DNA of 64,000 nucleotides, taken from the NCBI GenBank assembly GCA_034439575.1, contig JAWXAQ010000016.1:192001-256000 (forward strand), read 5' to 3'. The stretch comes from Leptospira sp. (lineage in GTDB: Bacteria > Spirochaetota > Leptospiria > Leptospirales > Leptospiraceae). Shown piece by piece: positions 28,142-37,918 of the stretch. The translations under genes and the position numbers were made by a program. Every line of letters begins with the position of its first letter. Position 1 is the stretch's first letter. The notes beneath the pieces are model-generated. The model ran no database searches, was not told where the DNA came from, and was given only the letters and a program-made list of their open reading frames with translations.

Positions 28142-30601
28142 ATGGAAAACACACAAATCACCGAGACGACTCAGACAACAGAATGTGATCATTGCGGAAA
28201 TACGTTTCGTCTCGTAAAATTAAAAGCTCACATAGAAGGCGAAGAAAAATATTTTTGTTGTGAAGGTTGTGAAACAGTTTATTCACTGATACGCTCAATA
28301 TCTGGTGAAAGGTACTATTCACTCAAAGGATCACAAAGAATAGAACCGGTAGATTTTGATGAAGGTTTTGAAAATAAATACTCACAGTTTGATTCAGATG
28401 CAATTTATGAAAAGTTTGTAAGAACAAACAATGGTTTATCTGAAGTCATAATTCAAATCACAAACATTCATTGTTCAGCCTGCGTTTGGTTGAATGAAAA
28501 AGTTCTTTCTGAAACAATTGGAATTCGTTCGGCTCAGATTAATTTTGCATCAGGACGAGCAAAAATTGTATTCAATCATACTGAAATTAAGTTATCTGAA
28601 ATTTTAAAATCCATTTCACAAATTGGCTATAAACCGCAACTTTATTCTCCAGGTTCAAACACAAAACAGTATAAAAAAAGTCTTAATAGTTTGTTTTTAA
28701 GGATCGGTGTTGCAGGTTTCGCTTTTGGTAACATGATGGTACTTAGCGTAGCACTTTACAGCGGTTATTTCTCTGGCATAGATACAGACTTAAAACGATT
28801 GTTTCATTTTGTTTCATGGTTTTTTGCAACGCCCGCCTACCTATATTCAGGTTATCCCTTTATGAAAGGATTTTTCCATAGCATCAAACAACGTACTTTA
28901 ACTATGGATTTTCTTTTGTTCTTCGGAATCTCACTAGCTTACTTCTATTCAGTTTATGTGACGTTTACAGACAAAGGCGAAGTTTACTTTGATTCCGTTG
29001 CGATGATTTATTTCTTTATCTTGATTGGAAAATACTTCGAAGAAAAATCTAGATTAAATGCAGCAGAAAAACTAGAGTCTATCCTTTGTCGTTTGCCAGA
29101 AGAATCCATAAAAATCATAAATGGTATCGAAACCAAAGTAAAAAGCGAAGACATTCGCTTAGGTGATAGGATAAAAATTTTGCCAGGTATGCGAGTGCCA
29201 GTTGATGGTATCATTGAATCAGAAATCATTCAAATCGATGAATCTTTTTTGACAGGAGAATCAAAACCCATAACAAAAAGAAAAGGTGATACCCTACTCG
29301 CAGGTTCTTTGGCACTCGATAGCCATGTGGTTTTAATTGCAACCACGGACTATCACGCATCAACTCTGTCTTCTTTAAAATTACGTATGGAAGAGGCACT
29401 ACTTAGTAAGCCGAAAATTCAAATTCTTACAGAGAAAATCGCTTCCTATTTTATCTCTACAGTATTTATCATTTCCCTACTAACACTTGCTTCTTGGTTA
29501 ATTGTTACCAATGGGAATTTTGAAAAATCTCTCATATATACCATTTCGGTATTAATCGTTGCTTGCCCTTGCGCTTTAGGTATATCAGTACCTACAGCAC
29601 TTGTAATGAATCATATTCTTAATTCGGAGAAAGGTGTACTATTAAAAAATCCAAGTGTGGTCGAACCATTGGCCAAAATTTCTCAAATATTTTTAGATAA
29701 AACAGGAACTTTAACGGAAGGAAAATTCTTAGTCAGAGAGATAAATATCGATACATCTTTTTACCCACTACTCTTTGCTCTAGAAAAGCAAGTAAACCAT
29801 CCTCTGGCAAAATCAATTGTCAGTTTTCTAAAACCCATTTTGGCGAATGCTCAAAACTATGAAATACCAGAAATTCATTCATTCAAGGCATTCCCAGGCA
29901 AAGGCCTGTTAGCTGACATTTCAACAGACTCGGGAACTCAAACTGTATTACTCGGCAATTTGCAATTGTTAAATAACTATCAAATTTCTATTCCTATCCA
30001 TGAAAAGGAAGGCTCAATGGTATATTTGGCGATAGGTGGTGAGTACAAAGGATTTATACTTCTTGCAGATGCACTTCGAACCGAATCATTTGAATTTGTT
30101 ACAAAGCTAAGAAAAATAATCCCAAAGATCACGATTCTTTCGGGAGACTCTGCCCTTCCTGTAAGACTAACAGCGGACACACTTCATATAAACTCATACT
30201 TCTCTGATTTAAGCCCCGAAGAAAAGGTAATTAAAATTAAAGAAGCTCGTGCAAAAGGAAATATTGTGGCTATGGTGGGAGATGGAATTAATGATAGTCT
30301 CTCTCTCGCAGGTGCTGATGTCTCCATTTCCCATACGGAGGCGGAAGATCTTTCTTTGGAGAAAGCGGATGTTGTATTGACTTCTGGGAATTTAAATGGC
30401 ATCCTTTATTCTATACATTCGGCTAAAAAAACAAGGCAAGTGATCTTACAGAATATTATCATTTCATTGTGTTATAATTCGATTATGTTGCCTCTCGCCG
30501 TTTTTGGTTTTATGCTTCCAGTTATCTGTTCAATATTTATGGCAGCATCTTCATTGACTGTACTTATTAATTCCCTTTCCCTAAGGATTCGTATCAAATA
30601 A
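28142..30601 (+). CDS. ccoI: Cu-translocating P1B-type ATPase CcoI (FixI)
   Basis: CDHC, FCCEGC, CSAC metal sites; TGES, CPC, DKTGT, HP and GDGIND motifs. Confidence 0.95.
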   Translation: MENTQITETTQTTECDHCGNTFRLVKLKAHIEGEEKYFCCEGCETVYSLIRSISGERYYSLKGSQRIEPVDFDEGFENKYSQFDSDAIYEKFVRTNNGLSEVIIQITNIHCSACVWLNEKVLSETIGIRSAQINFASGRAKIVFNHTEIKLSEILKSISQIGYKPQLYSPGSNTKQYKKSLNSLFLRIGVAGFAFGNMMVLSVALYSGYFSGIDTDLKRLFHFVSWFFATPAYLYSGYPFMKGFFHSIKQRTLTMDFLLFFGISLAYFYSVYVTFTDKGEVYFDSVAMIYFFILIGKYFEEKSRLNAAEKLESILCRLPEESIKIINGIETKVKSEDIRLGDRIKILPGMRVPVDGIIESEIIQIDESFLTGESKPITKRKGDTLLAGSLALDSHVVLIATTDYHASTLSSLKLRMEEALLSKPKIQILTEKIASYFISTVFIISLLTLASWLIVTNGNFEKSLIYTISVLIVACPCALGISVPTALVMNHILNSEKGVLLKNPSVVEPLAKISQIFLDKTGTLTEGKFLVREINIDTSFYPLLFALEKQVNHPLAKSIVSFLKPILANAQNYEIPEIHSFKAFPGKGLLADISTDSGTQTVLLGNLQLLNNYQISIPIHEKEGSMVYLAIGGEYKGFILLADALRTESFEFVTKLRKIIPKITILSGDSALPVRLTADTLHINSYFSDLSPEEKVIKIKEARAKGNIVAMVGDGINDSLSLAGADVSISHTEAEDLSLEKADVVLTSGNLNGILYSIHSAKKTRQVILQNIIISLCYNSIMLPLAVFGFMLPVICSIFMAASSLTVLINSLSLRIRIK

Positions 30602-30780
30602 TGGAAGCCCTATATATCACAATTCCAGTCGCTACTTCCATCGCACTTTTTTTTCTTTGGGTATTCATATCGGCTTTTCGAAAAGGGCAATTTGAAGATA
30701 TTGAAGCCCCAAAATATAGAATTTTTTTCGAAGACGAATTTCCAAAAGATAAAAAACCAAAACCAGATGATCACAATTGA
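30601..30780 (+). CDS. ccoS: cbb3 oxidase maturation protein CcoS (59 aa, not in ORF track)
   Basis: My translation: MEALYITIPVATSIALFFLWVFISAFRKGQFEDIEAPKYRIFFEDEFPKDKKPKPDDHN; has the GQFED signature; TAATG coupling with ccoI. Confidence 0.9.
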   Translation: MEALYITIPVATSIALFFLWVFISAFRKGQFEDIEAPKYRIFFEDEFPKDKKPKPDDHN

Positions 30781-31465
30781 ATTAACTGGTATTATGTTTA
30801 CTTCGTTTATCTTTGGTTTAACGAGTAGTTTCCATTGCCTAACTATGTGTGGACCACTTGTCGGAATCGTTCAATCTGGTGTTACCGACAAACATGCACA
30901 TATTCTTTACCAAATAGGTAGAATGTTTTCTTATGTTTGTTTGGGTGGGATACTTGGGTGGTTTGGTAAAGGAGCAAATTCCTTTGGAGATACCGCCGAA
31001 ATTCAAAATTTGGCCGGATACTTTTCGCTTTTTATAGTCATACTATTTGGCATAAAACTTATATTAGATGGTAAAGGATTAAATTTTTTCCCATCTTTTG
31101 CAAAAATGATGTCACCCGTTCTTATTTATTTGAGAAAAAAAAATCAGATGTGGGCCCTTGGACTTTTGATTGGAGCTTTGAGTGCCTTTCTTCCTTGTGG
31201 AGTACTATACCCAGCCTATGCAGTTTCATTTGCTACTGGTGATTTAACGAGTGGATCGCTTGTTATGTTGGCTTTTTACGCAGGTACTTTTCCGGCATTA
31301 TTCGGTCTTGGTCTCGGATTAAAATGGATAAAGGTTCATATCCAAGCAAAGTATGTGACGTATTTCGGCCTTTTTTTGATACTAATCTCGCTATTCTTTC
31401 TTACACTTCGAGTCTTTCATCCCATACATTCCGAGAATTGTGATCACATCGAGGATCAAAATTGA
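30767..31465 (+). CDS. DsbD_2 / TauE-SafE-like membrane protein associated with cbb3 assembly
   Basis: SFHCLTMCGP, YQIGR, LPCGVLY and FYAGTFP motifs. ATG at 30767. Confidence 0.88.
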   Translation: MITIELTGIMFTSFIFGLTSSFHCLTMCGPLVGIVQSGVTDKHAHILYQIGRMFSYVCLGGILGWFGKGANSFGDTAEIQNLAGYFSLFIVILFGIKLILDGKGLNFFPSFAKMMSPVLIYLRKKNQMWALGLLIGALSAFLPCGVLYPAYAVSFATGDLTSGSLVMLAFYAGTFPALFGLGLGLKWIKVHIQAKYVTYFGLFLILISLFFLTLRVFHPIHSENCDHIEDQN

Positions 31466-31476
31466 TTATCAAAAAC

Positions 31477-31791
31477 CTATCTTAAGTATTTGTTTTTATA
31501 TTTTTTAGCAATTTCTAGAGTCATACTAGATGCAGGTAAAACAGCTACTAAGCGATTTCCTAAATTTCTTTTATGTGTGAGTAACCATCTACGAAAATTC
31601 CCCTTTTCTTCTTCATCTGGACCTATTAAGATCAATTCAGATGTGGAACCAATGGAAGTAACTAAATCATTGTAATATGAAAGCGAATTTTCATTTTGAA
31701 AATTTAATTCTTCCGATATCAGATCTGAATCTTTTGGAAAACAAATTAATTTGGCTTTTTGATGTTCTAAAAAGAGTACGCATGATCCCAT
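31477..31791 (-). CDS. Hypothetical protein, possibly eRF1/host-attachment-like fold
   Basis: YYNDLV...ELILIGPDEEK..F..WL pattern; AAGGAAGG RBS before ATG 31791. Confidence 0.5.
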   Translation of the reverse strand: MGSCVLFLEHQKAKLICFPKDSDLISEELNFQNENSLSYYNDLVTSIGSTSELILIGPDEEEKGNFRRWLLTHKRNLGNRLVAVLPASSMTLEIAKKYKNKYLR

Positions 31792-31890
31792 ATCCAACCT
31801 TCCTTTTTCTATTTAAAGAATTAGACATGGGAATAAACGCAATTACAACATGGAAATTTTATCTAAGACTTAAAGACCACATGATAATTG

Positions 31891-32154
31891 TCAATCTTCG
31901 CTAAGATATAGCAATGGATTCGAATCGTATTCTTCGATCATAAAACCTACGTTATTTGCAAAGTCATCCGAAGTGGGATTTATCGTAACCAATCCGAAAG
32001 CTCCAAATAATATAAAAAAGGTAAAGGCCATAGAATAAATCATTCTATTTCTTGATTTTTCCTTTTGAAACCTTGTTGTGATAGAATTTTGAATCTTAGA
32101 ATCAAAGTTAGGATCACTTAATAATTTTTCCCAATTTCGTTTATTGGATTTCAT
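31891..32154 (-). CDS. Small single-TM putative anti-sigma factor
   Basis: Overlaps the 3' end of the ECF sigma gene; cytoplasmic N-terminus plus one TM. Confidence 0.6.
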   Translation of the reverse strand: MKSNKRNWEKLLSDPNFDSKIQNSITTRFQKEKSRNRMIYSMAFTFFILFGAFGLVTINPTSDDFANNVGFMIEEYDSNPLLYLSED

Positions 32155-32683
32155 GTTTCAAATCTCCTATTAAATTTTCTCGTATCCAAACTTTAGCACG
32201 AAACAAACGAGATTTAACCGTGCCTTGTTTCATAGATAATTCGGAAGATATTTCATCCATTGTTCTCCCCGCAAGATAGAGAGATAACGGTTTGTGATAT
32301 ACACTTGGCACTTTGCTGAGTAGACTTGTGATCACCGAGATGTCCAATTCGTCCGAAGTTGAATCTTTAGCAAATTCAGAGAACAGACCTGCATCCAAAT
32401 ATTTTTTTGCTTTAGTCTCTTCTTTAATTCGTTTTTGATTCATACGATTGGATTCGTTTTTTGCGATCTGATATATCCAAGTGGAAAGTTTAGAGTCGCC
32501 ACGAAATTGCCCTTTTTTTATTGCTTTGTAAACACGAAAATACACCTCTTGGGCAACATCTTCTGTAGCATCATCAAAACGATCGATGAGAGTCTCACCG
32601 ATCGTTTTTAGAACTAACAGTTTAGTTTCGGAGATGATCGTATCGAAATTTAAATCAATACGATCTATAAGTTTATTTTCCAA
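32141..32683 (-). CDS. ECF sigma-70 factor
   Basis: EDVAQEVY, FRGDSKLSTWIYQIAKN (region 2) and GTVKSRLFRA (region 4.2). Confidence 0.92.
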   Translation of the reverse strand: MENKLIDRIDLNFDTIISETKLLVLKTIGETLIDRFDDATEDVAQEVYFRVYKAIKKGQFRGDSKLSTWIYQIAKNESNRMNQKRIKEETKAKKYLDAGLFSEFAKDSTSDELDISVITSLLSKVPSVYHKPLSLYLAGRTMDEISSELSMKQGTVKSRLFRAKVWIRENLIGDLKHEIQ

Positions 32684-32685
32684 AT

Positions 32686-33135
32686 CTATTCTGCTGGGTT
32701 GAATTTTTTAGAGAACTTCTCTACAAGTTCAGCTAATTTTTCTCTTTGTTCAGGTTTAAGAACAGCATGAAACTCGATCATCTTTGCTTGGAAAAATTTT
32801 CTCATTTCAATATGGCGGACATCTTGTTCTGCACTGACTTTTTCTAATGATTTAACATCCACTGTATCTTTGCGGATTTGTGAAATCACTTCTGTCATCC
32901 ATGCATCCCGTTTTGGTTTTAATTCTTTATGTTTTGCTACCAATTCTGTTTTTATGGACTGTAACTTTGTTTGTTGAGCCTCATCTAAGTCGAGTTTGGA
33001 GGTGAGTTTTTCTGATACCCATTCCATACGTTTTTCGAAATTATGATGCCCACGGCAGTTTGAAGCAAAAACGAAAGCGGCTACTGACACTAGGATGAAA
33101 AAAACCAATTTTGAAAATTTTAAAGTCTTATTCAC
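32686..33135 (-). CDS. Spy/CpxP family periplasmic chaperone (likely lipoprotein)
   Basis: LDLDEAQ and VLKPEQREK (LTxxQ-like) motifs; GTG start at 33135 behind AAGGAG. Confidence 0.85.
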   Translation of the reverse strand: MNKTLKFSKLVFFILVSVAAFVFASNCRGHHNFEKRMEWVSEKLTSKLDLDEAQQTKLQSIKTELVAKHKELKPKRDAWMTEVISQIRKDTVDVKSLEKVSAEQDVRHIEMRKFFQAKMIEFHAVLKPEQREKLAELVEKFSKKFNPAE

Positions 33136-33160
33136 AATGAATCTCCTTTGTTTCAATTCA

Positions 33161-33188
33161 TGAGACCTAGAAAATGAGAATAAGTTCC
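33161..33188 (-). promoter_or_regulatory. ECF (sigmaE-type) promoter of the spy-sigma-antisigma operon
   Basis: Minus strand reads GGAACTT-N16-TCTCA, matching the RpoE-type GAACTT-N16-TCTGA. Confidence 0.7.
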
Positions 33189-33203
33189 CTAATGTAAAAA
33201 ATT

Positions 33204-33617
33204 TTAAGCGTGTTCAGTCAGTGTGTAACGGGACTGGATGTATTTCAAAAATTCAGGTTTATTTTCCAATTTCAAAACCATATTTTCTATCTTATAATCA
33301 TCTAAATCTTCGATCACTTTTGTGAGAATTTCTTCTTTTATATTTTCAGACAAATGACCTTGCAATAAAAATCCCGTATAATGATAGTTTGTATAAGAAG
33401 CGGATTGTGCTACTTCGGCAGTTTCCCAAGTATTTCCAGAAATTTGTTTGGTTTCAAAATTGATTTTTACAATGCCTAGTCTTGCCGAATAATATTCTAA
33501 AAAGTACAAACTGTCTTCTTTGAAATGAAAATCCAAGGCTGACGATATTCGTTCCAGTTCCCCTACTTTTCGCACAACGATACGATTTGGTCCTTTTAAA
33601 TAATATTCCAATTTCAT
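33204..33617 (-). CDS. Hypothetical protein
   Basis: Open frame in a same-strand run; ATG 33617 avoids overlap with the upstream gene. Confidence 0.55.
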   Translation of the reverse strand: MKLEYYLKGPNRIVVRKVGELERISSALDFHFKEDSLYFLEYYSARLGIVKINFETKQISGNTWETAEVAQSASYTNYHYTGFLLQGHLSENIKEEILTKVIEDLDDYKIENMVLKLENKPEFLKYIQSRYTLTEHA

Positions 33618-33625
33618 AAATTCAC

Positions 33626-34261
33626 TTATCCTATAAGAGGTGTCTTTCCTTTCCAAACCTTGGCTTCGGCTTCGCGGATTAAAAAATCAGCACAATCGAG
33701 TCTAGATATCTTTCCAGCAGTAATGCCCTCTAAATCTTCCATACATCTATAAACTCCGGTTAGTTCACCGTCATTCAAAAAACCAGGTCTGACGATCACC
33801 CAATCTAATTTTGACAAACGAACTAGGATCTCTTGGCGATTTTTGTCTTGGTAATCCTTTCTTAAGATCACTGGTTTTACAAATTTATCGTAAAAAAATC
33901 CACCATGCCCAGCACTTTCCCCAGCCCCAATACCAGTCACTACCATTAAATATGCCTTTGGATTCCATCCTAGGAGTGTATCGATAATATTTTTCGTACC
34001 TTCTGAATATAAATTCACCTTACATAAGCTAATCGGATGACCGAGACTCACGACAACGGCACTCGCTCCTTGGACGACTTCTTTCACTTTTTCTTTATCA
34101 AGAACTGATCCCGTAAAGGTTGTCAAATTTTCATGCGGTGGGAGTGGCAGTTGACTTCGCGATAAGGTTCTTACTTTCCAACCTCTTTCCATAGCTACAG
34201 AAACTGTTGCTAGTCCAATACCTTTCGATGCTCCAATGACGGCCAATGTTTTTAAACTCAT
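33626..34261 (-). CDS. NAD(P)H-binding atypical SDR (flavin reductase/BVR-B-like)
   Basis: GASKGIG Rossmann motif; LDWVIVRPG and ISRLDCADF. Confidence 0.88.
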   Translation of the reverse strand: MSLKTLAVIGASKGIGLATVSVAMERGWKVRTLSRSQLPLPPHENLTTFTGSVLDKEKVKEVVQGASAVVVSLGHPISLCKVNLYSEGTKNIIDTLLGWNPKAYLMVVTGIGAGESAGHGGFFYDKFVKPVILRKDYQDKNRQEILVRLSKLDWVIVRPGFLNDGELTGVYRCMEDLEGITAGKISRLDCADFLIREAEAKVWKGKTPLIG

Positions 34262-34265
34262 ATAA

Positions 34266-34955
34266 CTAGTCTCCTGCGATGAAGATTGTCATCATCCACT
34301 TCTGTTTCTTTTTTTCAAAAAAAATGCGATAATCAAGTGGGCTTCGCAAATATTTATCACAGATAAATCCTGAAGTTCCATCAAAGAGACAAACTTTTTG
34401 CCAATTGCAATCACCCTTGTTTAATTTTTTATCTAAATCATTGGTAACTGGCGAAGAAGAATCAGATCCTACAATATCATAACTTAATTTTTTAATTACC
34501 TTGGCATTCATATGTGCATCTTCTCTGATATTCACATTTGTTCCGTTAACTACATAAAACATAAAAGGATCTAAGTCTTCAGGGAAGGTTTCAAAAAGAT
34601 ATGGAGCCACAAAATGACCTTCTTTATTTTGATAAAAACCTAACTTTATGGTGCTTTCAAATATTTCCCAAATGTTTGATTTTTTTGGATTTTGATTCAA
34701 TGCAAATGCCTTAAAAAATTGTTTTTTGCCAGATTCTCCGCCGAAAGAGAAATGAATTTCTGGATCAGTAATCTCTTGTAAAAATTTAACATCTTTTTGT
34801 TTAATAGCGTTTGTTAGGTTATTTGAAAATTTAACAAAACTTTCATCTTTACTAGATTCGTTTTTTGGTTTTAAGATTCTGCCTTTAAAGGGTTCACAAG
34901 GGATTAATAAACTTATAGGAAAACATAACAGCAAAACATACAAAAATTGATTCAT
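34266..34955 (-). CDS. Exported SH3-domain protein
   Basis: Signal peptide; NVNIRE...WQKV...GFICDKYLRSPLDYR; ends FIAGD. Confidence 0.7.
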   Translation of the reverse strand: MNQFLYVLLLCFPISLLIPCEPFKGRILKPKNESSKDESFVKFSNNLTNAIKQKDVKFLQEITDPEIHFSFGGESGKKQFFKAFALNQNPKKSNIWEIFESTIKLGFYQNKEGHFVAPYLFETFPEDLDPFMFYVVNGTNVNIREDAHMNAKVIKKLSYDIVGSDSSSPVTNDLDKKLNKGDCNWQKVCLFDGTSGFICDKYLRSPLDYRIFFEKKKQKWMMTIFIAGD

Positions 34956-35077
34956 ATTGGAAAATGTTCGTTATAGCGAACTCAAATTCAAATCAATTTA
35001 TTTCATTTTGATAAGGGAATTTGCCCAATAAATAAAAAAGTACGTGCCTCCTAGTATCAGAAAACAAGAGTCAAACA

Positions 35078-35623
35078 ATGAATGATAAAGAAAAACGATT
35101 CTATGAAATGAGATCACAATTGAACAATACGATTGATGATTCATTTAAACTCTTTGATTCTCTTGATACTGTTTCTTTGTTCTATATGATGGGAAGATGG
35201 AAAGGTTCCGGATTTCATACGGGTCACACTATGGATGGTGCTCTAGAAACTTTCAATTGGTACGGAAAAGAATTTGTAGATGAAGACAATGTGCATCCTC
35301 TGGTTTTTAAATCCTTTGGGAAATCATTATTCAAAGTCAACCCAAGCCGTATGCCAGTTCGTTTAGCAACGATTATACCCTCAACTAAACTTTGGCCTCT
35401 TAAATATCTTTTTCTTTGTATTCGATTTTTGTTTCAAACGTCTAAGTCAAAAGCAAGAGTTCGTTTAACAGAATTTAGAGGCAAATTGACAGCCACCATG
35501 ATTTATGACAATTTACCGATTCATGATGTTTTCCGCAAAGTAAACCAAAACACATTACTTGGCTGTATGGATTACAAAGGTATGAAACAACCCTTCTTTT
35601 TTGTTTTGGAAAGAGACCAATAA
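35078..35623 (+). CDS. GXWXG + DUF4334 domain protein
   Basis: GRWKGSGFHTGH, WYGKEF, ATMIYDNLPIHDVFRK and FFFVLER motifs. Confidence 0.85.
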   Translation: MNDKEKRFYEMRSQLNNTIDDSFKLFDSLDTVSLFYMMGRWKGSGFHTGHTMDGALETFNWYGKEFVDEDNVHPLVFKSFGKSLFKVNPSRMPVRLATIIPSTKLWPLKYLFLCIRFLFQTSKSKARVRLTEFRGKLTATMIYDNLPIHDVFRKVNQNTLLGCMDYKGMKQPFFFVLERDQ

Positions 35624-35636
35624 TTTTAAAGTCAAA

Positions 35637-35745
35637 GCCCGCGCCACCGATTGGAGCGGAAATCGCTACCGGCGATTGGAGCGAAAAGCGGGATCGGCTA
35701 CTCTATAGCACATGGGCAATTGGGAGAGACCCCGAGGCGCCCCAA
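35637..35745 (+). ncRNA. GC-rich structured intergenic element resembling the Flavo-1 RNA motif / REP-like repeat
   Basis: CCCGC...GCGGG outer stem; AATCGC/GCGATT inner stem; CGATTGGAGCG(G/A)AAA repeated at 35648 and 35673. Confidence 0.55.
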
Positions 35746-35822
35746 GGTTTTTAGAAAAACTTTTTAAGAGACATAATTTTTTCCTTTAGAAATCCCAAAT
35801 ATCCACCGAAGTTCTTAGTAGA

Positions 35823-36455
35823 ATGGAAATTTCAAACTTACCCTCACTGCAGTCTGTGTTCTCGAGAATGCGTGAATTGGAAAAACTCACGACAGATCCA
35901 AGCCAAGTGCTCACTTTTCCTGAGATGATCGAACGTGAATTGGGTAGGTCAAAAACTAGTAACAATGGGGCTGAAAAAATTGATCCAAACACGAGAGATC
36001 AAAATTTTAAACCTCCACTTTTGCCACCAACAGATATTTCTAGCACCAAACAAAGCGCACTGCGAGATGATGGTCTTGAGTCCTTTATCCAAAAAACGGC
36101 TGAAGCCAAAGGCATCGATCCTAACCTAGTTAAGGCGGTGATCAAAACAGAATCTGGTTTTAAACCCAATGCTGTTTCACCAAAGGGAGCACTTGGGCTT
36201 ATGCAACTTATGCCATCGACTGCTGATATGCTTGGCGTGGATGATCCCATGGATCCGAAAGAAAATATCATCGGTGGGACAACGTATCTTAAAGATATGT
36301 TAACGAAGTTTGGTGATACAGAAAAAGCACTCGCGGCATACAATGCTGGTCCTGGGGCAGTTAAAAAATATGGTGGTGTCCCACCTTATGCAGAAACACA
36401 AGATTACATTCAAAAAGTAAAAAAGAATTTTTATAAGTATTCGAAAGAAGACTGA
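35823..36455 (+). CDS. Lytic transglycosylase (SLT domain)
   Basis: IKTESGF, SPKGALGLMQLMP, LAAYNAGPG and ETQDY motifs. Confidence 0.92.
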   Translation: MEISNLPSLQSVFSRMRELEKLTTDPSQVLTFPEMIERELGRSKTSNNGAEKIDPNTRDQNFKPPLLPPTDISSTKQSALRDDGLESFIQKTAEAKGIDPNLVKAVIKTESGFKPNAVSPKGALGLMQLMPSTADMLGVDDPMDPKENIIGGTTYLKDMLTKFGDTEKALAAYNAGPGAVKKYGGVPPYAETQDYIQKVKKNFYKYSKED

Positions 36456-36485
36456 ATTAAAAAAATAATCCTTAGATCCTCTCTA

Positions 36486-37817
36486 TCAAAAGAGAGAGCT
36501 ATAACCAAAAAAGTTCTGCAATTTCTTCACATAACTTTGATACGCATTTTTGACAGGAAGATTGGTCCAAGTTTCATTTACTTTTTTCAAAATAAAATCA
36601 AGAGCTGGATAACTTTTGAGTCTATCTTGCAATCCTTTTTGCATTAAAATGGAATCTTCGCCAAGAGGCACAAGTCCTACTAGGCGCCCACCCCGTTTTC
36701 CCAGCATGGTTTTTTGTATCAATAGAACATCCTGTGACCAAATCCCCGATGTGTACAAAAATGATTTCGCAGTAGGATTCTCTGTTTTAGAATAAAAAGT
36801 CTTTGTTTTTGTCGCAAAATAAAGGGAATAGGAAAATTCTTTGGGCAAATAAATAGGATCTGATTTTAATACACTGGCCTGTCCATAGGCTTTTGTGATG
36901 GAAGAGGTTTTTAATTCCCAAGGTTCTTTTTCAGAATTTGTTACGTCTCGGTATATAAAGAAAATGGATACACCAACTAATATAAGTGTTACGACCGAAG
37001 CTGTATAAGTATTTAGCTCTTTTTCAGTTTTTAAAAGTATATGCCCAATCCCTACGAGTAACATAGGCAAAATTATATATTTTGAAATGGAAAACCATTC
37101 ACCAAACAGAGTGGATACGGAGCCAGGGCCTAGAAAATCAAAGTATGATATAAGCACGAGACTGATGGCAAAAAAGATAAGATAGCTTGTAACAAAGATA
37201 AAAGGTATGTTTTTCTTTTTGTAAAATACGGAAGTCCTTTGAGCTTGCCGTCTTGCTCCACGAATTCCAGAGAAGATCACAAAAAATGAAAATCCCAAAA
37301 AGAACATAGTGAAACTTGAGAAAAATGCAAGTAGGGTCAATACTGGGAAAACAATAAGATCTGTTAGTTTTTCAAAACGGAATGTCAAAAATACAAGAAG
37401 GATAAAAACAAGACAAACTGTTTCGGGAAAGTAAGTCGTAGGGAAAACATACGAAAATGGAAGGAAGGCCGCTAAAAACAAAAATAGATAGTGATTTCTC
37501 CCCCAAGAATCCCGACGCAGAAGCAGTAAAAATAAATGTAAAAACGTACTGTAGAAAAATGCGGCTAACGAAAGAAATGCGGGAATGTAATTTAGTCCTG
37601 TAATTTTTTTCCAAATAAGGAGCAGTGCAAATGGGAGAGGCTCTCTTGCAGTATAAAACCCCCCTTCTTCTGTAAGTGACTTCAAATTCGCTAAATACTC
37701 CCACTCCGTCTCCCAAGTCGGGAAAGGTCTGAAGCTGGAAAAGATGGTAAAGCAAATTGCCAAAACCAAAATGCTAAAAAGGAAGGAAGGGATGGAAATA
37801 GGTTTTGGTTCTCGCAT
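36486..37817 (-). CDS. Polytopic membrane protein of unknown function
   Basis: Many TM segments and a soluble C-terminal domain. Confidence 0.65.
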   Translation of the reverse strand: MREPKPISIPSFLFSILVLAICFTIFSSFRPFPTWETEWEYLANLKSLTEEGGFYTAREPLPFALLLIWKKITGLNYIPAFLSLAAFFYSTFLHLFLLLLRRDSWGRNHYLFLFLAAFLPFSYVFPTTYFPETVCLVFILLVFLTFRFEKLTDLIVFPVLTLLAFFSSFTMFFLGFSFFVIFSGIRGARRQAQRTSVFYKKKNIPFIFVTSYLIFFAISLVLISYFDFLGPGSVSTLFGEWFSISKYIILPMLLVGIGHILLKTEKELNTYTASVVTLILVGVSIFFIYRDVTNSEKEPWELKTSSITKAYGQASVLKSDPIYLPKEFSYSLYFATKTKTFYSKTENPTAKSFLYTSGIWSQDVLLIQKTMLGKRGGRLVGLVPLGEDSILMQKGLQDRLKSYPALDFILKKVNETWTNLPVKNAYQSYVKKLQNFFGYSSLF

Positions 37818-37918
37818 TGTGAAAAGCCATAAAATAGGCTATTCCTTTGATAAATTTTAGGTGAAATTATTCCAGAATAATTTCGATTATACATAGAATT
37901 TATAAAAAGAGGCGCAAA

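Noticed and set aside
35648-35687. Direct repeat CGATTGGAGCG as a mini-CRISPR
   Set aside because: Only two short copies 25 bp apart, no cas genes; better explained as part of a structured element.
35786-35812. Possible sigma28 promoter (TTAG-N15-ACCGAAGT) before the lytic transglycosylase
   Set aside because: Too many mismatches to support without TSS data.
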